Positions 16,171-25,536 of a DNA stretch of 53,221 nucleotides are shown one piece after another. The DNA is taken from IMG/VR virus record IMGVR_UViG_3300007734_000725, positions 1-53,221 of that record; one strand, written 5' to 3'. The translations under genes and the position numbers were made by a program. Source of the stretch: a virus (Duplodnaviria; Caudoviricetes). The first letter of the stretch is position 1; each line of letters begins with the position of its first letter. The notes beneath the pieces are model-generated. The model was not told the DNA's origin, made no database searches, and saw nothing but the letters and a program-made list of their open reading frames with translations.

Positions 16171-16380
16171 TTAACTCCAAACAGAATAAGGTTCGCCACC
16201 GCTGAGCGCGATGTCGTACGGTGAAAAGACTGGGATAAACCGACGAGCATTGCAGGTCAAGTTGACCGCGTTGTCGTAGAAGTCTTCGCGCAGGGTGTCG
16301 AGGCGTTTACCACCCAGCTCAACCAGCGGCATGTACAACTTGACAAGCTGGACAACGATCGGTTCGTTGCGGTATCTCAT
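16171..16380 (-). CDS. hypothetical protein
   Basis: 69-aa ORF, AAGGA RBS. Confidence 0.6.
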   Translation of the reverse strand: MRYRNEPIVVQLVKLYMPLVELGGKRLDTLREDFYDNAVNLTCNARRFIPVFSPYDIALSGGEPYSVWS

Positions 16381-16391
16381 AGTAATTTCCT

Positions 16392-16571
16392 TTATGCGGG
16401 AGCAAACATTGCACGACCTTCGCGCATAAACACGCGAAGAGCCACGGCTTCTCTGTTGTCCAACTCATCGTTGTCCAACATCTCTCTCATCACGATCACG
16501 GTGTCGAGCAAGCTCATACCGTAGATTTCGCGTCTGTCGTTGATGATTTGGATTGCAGTAGTGATGTTCAT
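16392..16571 (-). CDS. hypothetical protein (59 aa)
   Basis: Manual translation MNITTAIQIINDRREIYGMSLLDTV...FMREGRAMFAPA*; AGGAG RBS. Confidence 0.6.
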   Translation of the reverse strand: MNITTAIQIINDRREIYGMSLLDTVIVMREMLDNDELDNREAVALRVFMREGRAMFAPA

Positions 16572-16583
16572 AGTGATCTCCTG

Positions 16584-16778
16584 TTAAACCTGAGCAGCAA
16601 CATAAGCGTTGCTGTATTGAATTTCAAAGCCAAGGGCCTTGATGTCAGCAACTTGCTGAGCGTTAAAAGTTTTGGCGCCAATCAACTTGGCGAGCCGCAA
16701 AGCAGTGGCGTTGTTTGGATCAGGGTAGATCTTGGGAACGCCGTAAACAATTTTGATGGTAAGAAAAACAACTGGCAT
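16584..16778 (-). CDS. hypothetical phage protein
   Basis: VYGVPKIYP...A.LIGAKTF....IKALGFEI; GGAG RBS. Confidence 0.7.
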   Translation of the reverse strand: MPVVFLTIKIVYGVPKIYPDPNNATALRLAKLIGAKTFNAQQVADIKALGFEIQYSNAYVAAQV

Positions 16779-16794
16779 ATCAATCTCCAAAAAG

Positions 16795-17058
16795 TTAGAC
16801 CAAATCAAGGTCCTTGATGTCTTGGCCCGAAGCCAAACGACCGTTAGCAGCAATGCTGTACTCAATCTGAGCAAGCGTTGGCTTGTAGCAGTCACCGTAG
16901 TCTGTCCACTGGCCACTCATACGCTTGCCTTCGAACCAAACAACGTAAATGTTGAAGCCCCGAATTGCAGCTACGGTGTAGACCTGAGCGTCAGCGTGTG
17001 GGCCGCGCACAATCAATTGACCAAGGTAAAGCTGCTTGAGAGTTAATCTACTTGCCAT
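16795..17058 (-). CDS. hypothetical protein, first gene of the leftward early cluster
   Basis: 87-aa ORF, AGGAG RBS. Confidence 0.7.
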   Translation of the reverse strand: MASRLTLKQLYLGQLIVRGPHADAQVYTVAAIRGFNIYVVWFEGKRMSGQWTDYGDCYKPTLAQIEYSIAANGRLASGQDIKDLDLV

Positions 17059-17313
17059 TTAAAACTCCTAAAAATATCAAGCTGTCACGGCCGCCTGAAT
17101 ACGCCGCCAATGCCAAGCACGCTTGGCATTAGTTGTGGGCGGGGGATTACCAACGTGCCCGATTAAGGACCTTTACGTACCGGTTTAGCTCACCGCCTCA
17201 AGACTCTTGCCCTCGTGGACTCTGTCTAACCAGAACATCTCTCGGTCGTCTGGAACGTATCCCCTAGTCGGTTGGGTGGGGAAGCAAACAAAGAACAATC
17301 AACCGACAACTCA

Positions 17314-17341
17314 AATGTAGCACAGTGACAGGCACTGTCAA
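17314..17341 (-). promoter_or_regulatory. leftward early sigma70-like promoter with overlapping palindrome
   Basis: TTGACA-16 nt-TACATT with extended TG; TGACAG-gca-CTGTCA inverted repeat over the -35/spacer. Confidence 0.7.
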
Positions 17342-17427
17342 CTACTTTTTTAAATGTTGCGCAAATACAACTAAAATAATTTAAAAGCGTTGTTTTTATG
17401 CAACTAAAAATAGTTGAGTTTTCCCAC

Positions 17428-17456
17428 TTGACCCGAAAATCTGGTTGGTATATTCT
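17428..17456 (+). promoter_or_regulatory. late promoter 1
   Basis: TTGACC-17 nt-TATTCT. Confidence 0.65.
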
Positions 17457-17501
17457 CTGCGTGCGCAGGTGTGCCCGCTCAAAGGCAAACAAACCCCTAA
17501 G

Positions 17502-17528
17502 AAAAGCCGTCAATTCATGCGGCTTTTT
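17502..17528 (+). terminator. leader intrinsic terminator upstream of the first late gene
   Basis: AAAAGCCGT-caattcat-GCGGCTTTTT. Confidence 0.65.
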
Positions 17529-17545
17529 GCACATTTGGAGCCCTC

Positions 17546-17788
17546 ATGGCCAAGACAATTACTATCGAAATGGCTGATGACGGCACGGTCATGGTTTCAA
17601 GCAGCGAAGGCGGTGAGCCTTATATGTGCGAGAGCATCGATGAGTGCCGTCAATACGTGGACAATATGCTGGCTGAAGAAGCCGGCGAGAGCCCACAAGA
17701 ACAAACCATGGAAGGCCCCGAGGAGTACGGCCAGATGTGGAATGAAGAAGCGGCCAGCCGCAAACCCCAACCGGGCCTGATGGCCTAA
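17546..17788 (+). CDS. hypothetical acidic protein
   Basis: 80-aa ORF, GGAG RBS. Confidence 0.7.
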   Translation: MAKTITIEMADDGTVMVSSSEGGEPYMCESIDECRQYVDNMLAEEAGESPQEQTMEGPEEYGQMWNEEAASRKPQPGLMA

Positions 17789-17804
17789 TCTCAAGGAGCT
17801 ACAC

Positions 17805-18059
17805 ATGCAAGACTATTCAAACCCAGAATCACGTAACAAAATGCGCGCAGCAGGCGGCATGACAGGCAACGCGGCCAAGATGCCCGGCGCTGCTATTGGC
17901 GGTGGCGGCAACCAGACGCAAGGCGCTGGCGAGATCCCCGGCAAAGTGTCCGTGCCAATGCCCGGCACCAACACCACACAGCCCGCGTTCAAGAAAGAAG
18001 GCGGCGCGGTCAAGGCACCCGTTGGATTCAACAACGGCATCATCAACGGAATGATCTAA
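17805..18059 (+). CDS. hypothetical Gly-rich protein
   Basis: 84-aa ORF, AAGGAG RBS. Confidence 0.7.
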   Translation: MQDYSNPESRNKMRAAGGMTGNAAKMPGAAIGGGGNQTQGAGEIPGKVSVPMPGTNTTQPAFKKEGGAVKAPVGFNNGIINGMI

Positions 18060-18238
18060 TGCCAAGCCCAGCCAAGCCCGGCTTGTACGCCAACATCCAA
18101 GCCAAGAGGGCACGTATAGCCTCTGGCTCGGGTGAGCGTATGCGCCAGCCCGGCGATAAGGGCGCACCCAGCAAGGCTGACTTTGACGAGTCGGCCAAGA
18201 CGGCTAAGGTTGGCCTGATCAAAAAGGCTATGAGGTGA
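18059..18238 (+). CDS. small basic conserved phage protein (59 aa)
   Basis: Manual translation MPSPAKPGLYANIQAKRARIASGSGERMRQPGDKGAPSKADFDESAKTAK...; motif recalled from aquatic phages. Confidence 0.7.
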   Translation: MPSPAKPGLYANIQAKRARIASGSGERMRQPGDKGAPSKADFDESAKTAKVGLIKKAMR

Positions 18239-18555
18239 AGAGCCCCGCTTGGCAACGCAAAGAAGGCAAGGCGCCGTCAGGCGGCTTGAACGAGAAGGGC
18301 CGCGCCAGCGCAAAGGCTGAGGGGATGAACCTCAAAGCTCCAGTCAAAGCCGGCGACAATCCTCGCCGCGCTTCCTTCTTGGCGCGCATGGGCAATATGC
18401 CCGGCCCTGAACGCAAAGACGGTGAGCCAACGCGCTTGCTGCTCAGTCTCAATGCTTGGGGTGCCAGCAGCAAAGCTGACGCCAAGAGCAAGGCCAAGGC
18501 GATCAGCGCGCGCAACGAAGGCCTTGTGCGAGGAGCAATGAAGAATGGCAAGTAG
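18235..18555 (+). CDS. basic conserved phage protein (DUF6321-like)
   Basis: AWQRKEGK..SGGLNEKGRAS...NPRRASFLARM. Confidence 0.75.
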   Translation: MKSPAWQRKEGKAPSGGLNEKGRASAKAEGMNLKAPVKAGDNPRRASFLARMGNMPGPERKDGEPTRLLLSLNAWGASSKADAKSKAKAISARNEGLVRGAMKNGK

Positions 18556-19009
18556 ACGAAACCCAAGTCGCAACGCCGACCTAGCCGGGGCGCCACCAAA
18601 GCTGGCGACCATGGACGATCTGGCGTTTCCGACAGCAGCTAAGACTGGCCGTGCTCATCCAGTGAGCAAGAGCGCCAGCACAAGCCGCGCGCCGCACCGT
18701 ATCAACCTTCGCGCTGTTGCAGAAGCATGCATTGAAGAGGGGCTCGACCCAGCCGTTGAGATCGCCAAGGCCTTGAAGGCCACGATCCCAATGATGCGTG
18801 GTGGCCATCAGGTGCTGGACAACGAAGGCAAGGCGGTCATGGTGCCGCTGCTTGACGTTGACACGCGCATGCGAACGCTCAACGAGTTTCTGCAATACAC
18901 GCAGCCAAAGCTGAAAAGCATTGAGGTCAAGATGTCCGGCACGCTGGACCTGACCAGTGAGCAGCTGGACAACCGACTGAACATGCTGCTTGCAAAGGCT
19001 GCGAGATGA
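18545..19009 (+). CDS. probable terminase small subunit
   Basis: Directly upstream of and coupled to TerL; QYTQPKLKSIE and LTSEQLDNRL tail. Confidence 0.6.
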   Translation: MASRRNPSRNADLAGAPPKLATMDDLAFPTAAKTGRAHPVSKSASTSRAPHRINLRAVAEACIEEGLDPAVEIAKALKATIPMMRGGHQVLDNEGKAVMVPLLDVDTRMRTLNEFLQYTQPKLKSIEVKMSGTLDLTSEQLDNRLNMLLAKAAR

Positions 19010-20475
19010 TCCAGCTCGACCGCATCGACACAGCGCTGCTGGATGACGATGAGAAGCGCGAGCTGTACGAGCTGCTGCGCCTGAAAGACATCAGGGCCAA
19101 GCGCAATCGCTTGTTGACCTATGCGCCGTACAAGAAGCAAATCGAATTTCACAATGCTGGTGCTGACTTCCGCGAACGATTGTTCATGGCAGGCAACCAG
19201 CTTGGCAAGACGTGGGCCGGGGCCTTTGAGGTCGCGATGCACACGACAGGCCGCTATCCATCATGGTGGAAGGGCAAGCGATACAACTACGCCATTCGGT
19301 GCATGGTTGGATCCGAATCGGCCGAGTTGACCCGCAAGGGTATTCAGCGCTTGCTGCTCGGGCCCCCAGAGATGCGGGAGGAGTGGGGCACAGGCGCCAT
19401 TCCGTTTGACTGTGTGCGCGACACCAGCATGAAGCAGGGCGTGCCCGATGCAGTCTCAAGCATTGTGGTCCGCCACGAATGCGGCGAAGATAGCGTGATC
19501 CAGTTCAACAGCTACGACCAAGGCCGCACCAAGTGGCAGGCCGACACTGTGGACTTGGTGTGGTTCGATGAGGAGCCACCGTTGTCGATTTACTCAGAGG
19601 GCTTGACCCGTACTCAGGCAACAGCCGGTCAGGTCTTCGTGACCTTCACGCCGTTGCTCGGCATGTCCGAGGTTGTCAAGCGATACCTGCTGGAGAAACC
19701 AGCTGGGTCCAATGTGACCAACATGACGATCAGCGACGCCGAGCACTACACGCCCGAGCAGGCTGCAGCGATCATCGCCAGCTACCCTGAGCATGAACGC
19801 GAAGCACGTGCCAAGGGCATTCCCATTTTGGGATCTGGCCGTGTGTTTCCCGTGGTCGAAGAGGCCATCAAGATCAGGGCGTTCCCGATCCCGCCTCACT
19901 GGTCGCGTATTGCGGCGATTGACTTTGGTGTCGATCACCCTACCGCCGTCGTGTGGATGGCTTGGGACAAAGACAGCGATACGCTTTATGTGACTGACTG
20001 CTACAGACGCAGCGAACCGGGCATTGCTGGCCACTCAATGGCCGTACGAGCGCGCGGCGAGTGGGTGCCAATGGCTTGGCCCCATGACGGCTTGCAGCGC
20101 GATAAGGGCGGTTCTGGCGAACAGCTGGCCAAGCAGTACAAGGACCAAGGCTTGAACATGATGCCCAATCGGGCTACGTTTGAGGATGGCAGCAACGGCG
20201 TTGAGGCCGGCTTGTCCGAGATGCTGACACGCATGCAGACCATGCGCTTGCGCGTGTTCTCGCATTTGGAAGACTGGTTTGAAGAATTCAGGCTGTACCA
20301 CCGTAAAGACGGTATGGTCGTTAAAATCAGCGATGACTTGATGTCCGCAACAAGGTACGCCATGATGATGCGGCGCTTTGCCAAGACGCAAGAAGAAGCC
20401 GAGGGCCGCATGCGTTCTAGCCGCATGGCCCCGACGCTTGAGTTCAACGTATTCGACCCGGTCACCGGGTATTGA
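19006..20475 (+). CDS. terL: terminase large subunit (P22 gp2-like)
   Basis: ERLFMAGNQLGKT, VWFDEEP, TFTPLLG, IDFGVDHPTA, WPHDG, DDLMSATRY. Confidence 0.95.
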   Translation: MIQLDRIDTALLDDDEKRELYELLRLKDIRAKRNRLLTYAPYKKQIEFHNAGADFRERLFMAGNQLGKTWAGAFEVAMHTTGRYPSWWKGKRYNYAIRCMVGSESAELTRKGIQRLLLGPPEMREEWGTGAIPFDCVRDTSMKQGVPDAVSSIVVRHECGEDSVIQFNSYDQGRTKWQADTVDLVWFDEEPPLSIYSEGLTRTQATAGQVFVTFTPLLGMSEVVKRYLLEKPAGSNVTNMTISDAEHYTPEQAAAIIASYPEHEREARAKGIPILGSGRVFPVVEEAIKIRAFPIPPHWSRIAAIDFGVDHPTAVVWMAWDKDSDTLYVTDCYRRSEPGIAGHSMAVRARGEWVPMAWPHDGLQRDKGGSGEQLAKQYKDQGLNMMPNRATFEDGSNGVEAGLSEMLTRMQTMRLRVFSHLEDWFEEFRLYHRKDGMVVKISDDLMSATRYAMMMRRFAKTQEEAEGRMRSSRMAPTLEFNVFDPVTGY

Positions 20476-20499
20476 TTAACCTTAACAGAGGAAACTTTC

Positions 20500-20863
20500 A
20501 TGGCTACTATCACACCAACAATTGACCGCGATTCAGTGCCCGGCGCCGTACTGGCTACATGGGCCGCCATGGCTACCGGCGACGTCGGCGCGGGCGTGCC
20601 CATTGCCTATGCAGCTGACTTAACCGGCCAAGTGACCGGCACCTTTGGCGGCGGCACGATTACGTGGCAAGGGTCCAATGACAACACCAACTGGCACCCG
20701 TTGACCCGAGGCAGTTGGAACGGACATGGCTTACACCTCTGCTGCTGTGCACACTGCCAACGAAAACCCAGCGTGGGTTCGTCCCGCAGTTACCAGCGGC
20801 ACAAGCGTTGTAATCAAAGGCGTGATGGCCATCCACGCACGCTACGCCAAAGCACCTTACTAA
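20500..20863 (+). pseudogene. small virion-type beta-sandwich protein with a frameshift near 20708 (or an assembly error)
   Basis: N-half ...GTFGGGTITWQGSNDNTNWHPLT continues plausibly only in the +1 frame (VGTDMAYTSAAVHTANENPAWVRPAVTSG...APY*, TAA 20861-20863). Confidence 0.6.
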
Positions 20864-20880
20864 GCTGAGGACTGAACCCC

Positions 20881-23109
20881 ATGGAAATCCAACCACAACA
20901 AATCGACGTCGAGGTCGAGTACGAAGACCAAGAAGAGCGGATGCGCAAGAGGGCCGAGAAGCTGCAATCCTTCGGCTCTTCGCTTGGTGGCCAACGTGAC
21001 GAATGGATTCGTTCGCGCGGCTCCTACGGCGTTGACAAGCGTTGGATCGAAGACGAGGATCAGTACAACGGCAAAGACAACATAGCCAAGGCGGCCAGCC
21101 AGATGATGACCAGCGTGGAGCAGGGCTACCCTGTGACCACGCAGATGGCCAAGCCCCACCGCTCGACGGTGTTCATTGGCATGACGCGCCAGAAGACCAA
21201 TGCTGCCGAAGCTCGCCTTGCAGACATCCTGCTACCAACGGACGATCGCAACTGGGGCATCCAGCCTACGCCGGACCCACAGTTGATGGGCATGAGCAAA
21301 GACAACAAAGCGGCCATGGACCAACAGGGCCAGCCGGTCATGGACGATAACGGGCAGCCAGCCCGCGTGCGTGACGTTGTCAAGGCAGTGCTTGAGGTGG
21401 CCAACAAGAAGGCCGAGGCCATGCAGACCGAGATCGAAGATCAGCTGGTCGAATGCAATTACAACGGCGAGTTGCGCAAGATGATCCACGACGCCGCCGT
21501 GCTTGGCACCGGCGTGGTCAAAGGACCTATCGTCACCAACCGCACACGCAAGGCTTGGCAGCCTATCACCGACAGCACGGGCCAGACGGTCCATCAAGTT
21601 GAGATCGTGCAAGAGATCAGCCCCGCTTCATTCCGCGTTGACCCGCGCAACGTATGGCCAGATCCCGGTTGCGGTGAGTCTGTGCACAACGGCAAGGGCA
21701 TCTATGAGCGCGAACAGATTACAGCCAAACAGATCCGCGACCTTGCCAAGCAGCCCGGCTTCCTAAAGGCCCAGCTGCGCAAGGTGCTGGAAGAGGGGCC
21801 TAAGCAGTCCGCTACTTTGCGCGAGTTGACGGACGAAGATCAGCGCGACATGACCCGCCTGACCTACGAGATGTGGACCTATTGGGGCGAAGTAGATCAC
21901 GACGACCTTGAGTCTGCCGGCGTTGGCGTAGGCGAGAAGGACGAGCTTCGCACCATCAGCGCGTGCGTTGTCATGATCAACAACACTGTGGTCAAAGCGT
22001 TTATGAACCCACTGGAAGGTGGCGACATACCTTATGACTTCTACGTCTGGGAGAAAGTTGCTGGCACGATCTGGGGCTACGGCATTCCATACCTTATGCG
22101 CTCACAGCAGAAAGTCTTGAACGCAGCGTGGCGCCAGATGATGGACAACGCTGGCGTGTCCAGTGGCCCACAGATTGTCATCAAACCCGGAGCTATCCAG
22201 CCAGCGGACAAACAGTGGCAACTGTCAGCCCGCAAGATCTGGTATGCAACCGACGACATCGACGATGTGCGCAAAGCGTTCTCGACCTTTGAGTTCAACT
22301 CGCATCAAAACGAATTGGCCGGCATCATTAAGATGGCCACCGAGTTAGCAGATGCGGAGACCGGCGTGCCTACGATCATGCAGGGCGAGAAGGGCGCAGC
22401 GCCCGACACCGTTGGCGGTATGCAGATGTTGATGAACAGCGCCAACGTGGTTTTGCGCAGGCTCGTCAAACAGTTTGATGACATGGTCACCAAGCCCCAT
22501 ATTCGTCGCTACTACGACTACAACATGATGTACAACGAGGACGAAGAGATCAAGGGCGACTTCACAATCGACGCCCGTGGTTCTAGTGCCTTGGTGGTCC
22601 GTGACATTCAGAATCAATCGTTCTTGAACTTGCTTGCAGCTGGAGCTAATCCAATCTACGGCATGTACCTTGACACACAGAAGCTGTTCGAGAAAGCCTT
22701 GCAGGCCCAGCATATCGATCCAGCCGAAGTGTTCAAGCCAGAGGAAGAGATTGAGCAAATCAAAGAAGCACAGAAGCAGGCAGCGGCTCAAGGCCCAGCA
22801 CCCGACCCAGCCTTGGCTGTGGCTCAGGTTCGTGCGCAGGCAGAGATGCAGAAGGTCCAAGCCCAGAACCAAGGCGACTTGCAAGAGCTTCAGGTGCGCC
22901 AGCAAATTGCTGCGCAAGAGGCCGACCTGCACATCATGCAATTACAGATGACACGCGAGATCGAGATGTTGAAGTTGTCTAACTCGCAGAACATCAGCCT
23001 TGAGAAAATCAAGGCTCAACTGGCCGACACCGCCATGAAGGAGCGCAGCCGTAAAGAGCTGTTTGCTGCTGAGCGCGACTTAGCCCTTAAGACTGGCTCA
23101 GGAATATAA
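20881..23109 (+). CDS. portal protein (P22-like, with C-terminal coiled-coil barrel)
   Basis: 742 aa after TerL; AVLGTGVVKG, WGYGIP..MRSQQ..LNAAWR.MMDN; Q/A/E-rich helical tail. Confidence 0.88.
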   Translation: MEIQPQQIDVEVEYEDQEERMRKRAEKLQSFGSSLGGQRDEWIRSRGSYGVDKRWIEDEDQYNGKDNIAKAASQMMTSVEQGYPVTTQMAKPHRSTVFIGMTRQKTNAAEARLADILLPTDDRNWGIQPTPDPQLMGMSKDNKAAMDQQGQPVMDDNGQPARVRDVVKAVLEVANKKAEAMQTEIEDQLVECNYNGELRKMIHDAAVLGTGVVKGPIVTNRTRKAWQPITDSTGQTVHQVEIVQEISPASFRVDPRNVWPDPGCGESVHNGKGIYEREQITAKQIRDLAKQPGFLKAQLRKVLEEGPKQSATLRELTDEDQRDMTRLTYEMWTYWGEVDHDDLESAGVGVGEKDELRTISACVVMINNTVVKAFMNPLEGGDIPYDFYVWEKVAGTIWGYGIPYLMRSQQKVLNAAWRQMMDNAGVSSGPQIVIKPGAIQPADKQWQLSARKIWYATDDIDDVRKAFSTFEFNSHQNELAGIIKMATELADAETGVPTIMQGEKGAAPDTVGGMQMLMNSANVVLRRLVKQFDDMVTKPHIRRYYDYNMMYNEDEEIKGDFTIDARGSSALVVRDIQNQSFLNLLAAGANPIYGMYLDTQKLFEKALQAQHIDPAEVFKPEEEIEQIKEAQKQAAAQGPAPDPALAVAQVRAQAEMQKVQAQNQGDLQELQVRQQIAAQEADLHIMQLQMTREIEMLKLSNSQNISLEKIKAQLADTAMKERSRKELFAAERDLALKTGSGI

Positions 23110-23121
23110 GGAGAATATCTC

Positions 23122-24546
23122 ATGGCTACAAGCGACGAAGCATACGCGCTTTATACCAAAGCTAGAACCGACGCCACTAAGGCGGCGCAAGCCCTTCTTG
23201 ATTTCTCAGGCCCCGGCGGATCTGCGACACAAGCGTCTATGGATAAAGCCAATGCGCTACAAAACAGGGCTGGCTCTGACGCATTAGCAGCCATTGGTTA
23301 CTATGCAGATGCTAACGGTGAGATGGTTAAGGGAACAAAACCCACAACAACTACTGACGCAGCTGCCACTACTGGCACAGCCGTCGGCTACACCGGTTTT
23401 ACCGCTGGACAATCAAACAGCCCGCCAGCCGGGGTGGATATGAGGACCATGATTGAAAGAACTACTGGCAAGGCCTTTGACAGTTCTTTCTATAGCGGGC
23501 CTGATGCCGACGCAAACCTTGCCTTACTTACCCGAATCTCAAACGCGCTGTATGGCGACGTCGGCGCCAACATAGACGCGCGCAACTGGACCGCCATCAT
23601 GGCCTCCAGCAACCCGCTTAAGGCGGCTGAAGACGCCCTTGCGGCCATGTACAGCGACAAGGCTTATTTAACCGCTAACACGCAGTACGTGATGAACCAA
23701 GGTTACTTGCCAGAGCAAGCAGACTACACATACCAGCAAATGGCTGACCGCGTGGGTTCTACGTACACACCTACATGGGTAGAGGGCACGAAGTTTGAGG
23801 GGGTTGACCCGGCTACCAAGCAGCCAAAAATGGATACGGCAACGTATCTTAAGAACGTCAGCAGCATGGCGCCTGACCAGCTTGCATCCTACACAGCCAC
23901 ACGTTGGAACCAATGGGGCGGCAATCCAACAACCAAGAAGAGCGGCGTAATTGATACGGGTACGTCTGCAAGCTCCGTGTTTACACCCGCAACAACTGCT
24001 GGCCAAATAACCGGAACGAGTAACGTTACGCCCGGGGCAGTTATTGGAACAAGTAATGTTACGCCCGGAACAAGCACTGTTACGCCCGGCAGCACGGGCA
24101 GCACAGGCCTTATTACCGGGGCCACAACAGCTAACTCAACTGCGGCAGCTACCCCGCAAACTGCGCCTACACAACTTAATACGCCCACAGCGGCGGGCGG
24201 CACCGGCTTGGTGACGGGGGCTAATACCCTTACGCCCGGCACATTCAACCTACCCAACACAACGATAGGCAATGTCAACAGTGGCGGTTTGATTTCAGGT
24301 GTGCAGCAGCAACTAACCACTCAGAACGCGCAGGTCGGTTTGCCTACGGGCGTGACGGCAAAGGTCGGCGCAATGGGCAACAACACAGGCGGCGCAAGCA
24401 TGACGCCCTACAACCCGTACGGTTTCACCGGCTCAATGGCCGGCACAGGCGCGCAGCAGAACTGGTACAACGCCAAGACTGGCCAGCGCTACACAGCGCC
24501 CGTCGGCTCATGGACGCCACCTAGCGCGGACTGGACCCGTGCATGA
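23122..24546 (+). CDS. hypothetical Thr/Gly-rich protein, probably virion-associated
   Basis: 474 aa, AAGGAG RBS; GTSNVTPG-type tandem repeats. Confidence 0.7.
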   Translation: MATSDEAYALYTKARTDATKAAQALLDFSGPGGSATQASMDKANALQNRAGSDALAAIGYYADANGEMVKGTKPTTTTDAAATTGTAVGYTGFTAGQSNSPPAGVDMRTMIERTTGKAFDSSFYSGPDADANLALLTRISNALYGDVGANIDARNWTAIMASSNPLKAAEDALAAMYSDKAYLTANTQYVMNQGYLPEQADYTYQQMADRVGSTYTPTWVEGTKFEGVDPATKQPKMDTATYLKNVSSMAPDQLASYTATRWNQWGGNPTTKKSGVIDTGTSASSVFTPATTAGQITGTSNVTPGAVIGTSNVTPGTSTVTPGSTGSTGLITGATTANSTAAATPQTAPTQLNTPTAAGGTGLVTGANTLTPGTFNLPNTTIGNVNSGGLISGVQQQLTTQNAQVGLPTGVTAKVGAMGNNTGGASMTPYNPYGFTGSMAGTGAQQNWYNAKTGQRYTAPVGSWTPPSADWTRA

Positions 24547-25169
24547 GCGTATTAGCTCGCGACCTTGATGCGTATAACCGCGCCCTCACCGCCTACCAGC
24601 GGCGAGTGGGCGGGTACAACCGCAGCGTTGATAAATACAACGATTCAATGGTGCGTGACGCCAACGGCAACATATTGATCCAAGGAATGGGCGGCGGCTC
24701 GTCAGGTACCGATGCAAGCGATGCTACGCCAGACACGGCGTATCTGATGGCTGTTGATACAACGGGCAAGGTCATTGCGGCTAAACCCGCCGAGGGCTTT
24801 AATGAAAGCGCCTACGGCACGTCGGCCATTGAGGGCAATACTGGGTACCGCATGCTGCGTCAAAACCCCATAGGCACGGCAGACAACAAGCCTATCTACC
24901 AAGAAAAGCCAGAGGAATGGACCGAAGAATTTAAAGGCAACGCGCCTGATCCCACGTACGCCCAAGTTAAGAAAGCAGGTACTGCGTCCTTGGCTGCCCA
25001 AGAGGCCGGGCTAATTGGCGAGGTGATCAAGGGTGGCGGGCTTAAGACCAGCGGCGGCGGGTTTATTCGCAGCCGCATGGCCAGTGGGGACGAGATTGCC
25101 GAGGAGGCCGCATCCGTGGCCGGCGGCGGTGGAAAACCGGGCACAAAAACATCAACTGTGACCCGTTAA
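24543..25169 (+). CDS. hypothetical protein
   Basis: 208 aa, ATGA coupled. Confidence 0.7.
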   Translation: MSVLARDLDAYNRALTAYQRRVGGYNRSVDKYNDSMVRDANGNILIQGMGGGSSGTDASDATPDTAYLMAVDTTGKVIAAKPAEGFNESAYGTSAIEGNTGYRMLRQNPIGTADNKPIYQEKPEEWTEEFKGNAPDPTYAQVKKAGTASLAAQEAGLIGEVIKGGGLKTSGGGFIRSRMASGDEIAEEAASVAGGGGKPGTKTSTVTR

Positions 25170-25188
25170 AAATGAATAAATTTAACTG

Positions 25189-25218
25189 TTGCATATTACC
25201 CACAACTTGTTATAGAAT
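25189..25218 (+). promoter_or_regulatory. late promoter 2 (head operon)
   Basis: TTGCAT-18 nt-TAGAAT in an AT-rich gap. Confidence 0.6.
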
Positions 25219-25249
25219 TTCTTTGGGCGAAGTGCGCCCAAAATTTACC

Positions 25250-25275
25250 AAAGCCAGCCACCGAGCTGGCTTTTT
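25250..25275 (+). terminator. leader intrinsic terminator
   Basis: AAAGCCAGC-caccga-GCTGGCTTTTT. Confidence 0.65.
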
Positions 25276-25277
25276 CT

Positions 25278-25478
25278 ATGACTGATTACTCATCAAGCAC
25301 ATGGCATGTTTTGCGCAAGTGGGCAGAGGCCCAGCTTGAGCAGGCCAGAACCAAGAACGACGCTGTCGCCCTCTCCGACAATGAGACAGCTGCGTTGCGC
25401 GGTGAGATACGCATGCTAAAAAGATTTCTCGACTTGCCCAATGCGGCAACTCGGGGTGTGGTGGTCGAGCCGGATTAA
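25278..25478 (+). CDS. small conserved head-region protein
   Basis: W..L....E......R..ND.......TAALRGEI..LK.FL.LP pattern. Confidence 0.7.
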   Translation: MTDYSSSTWHVLRKWAEAQLEQARTKNDAVALSDNETAALRGEIRMLKRFLDLPNAATRGVVVEPD

Positions 25479-25536
25479 ATCCCGCTTGGCCTTTTTAGTG
25501 GACTGTTGAAAGACGGTCTTTATTTGGAGAGCAAAA

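Noticed and set aside
17059-17310. tRNA or known self-cleaving ribozyme
   Set aside because: No cloverleaf or T-loop GTTCRA, and no hammerhead CUGANGA/GAAA or twister core recognised by eye
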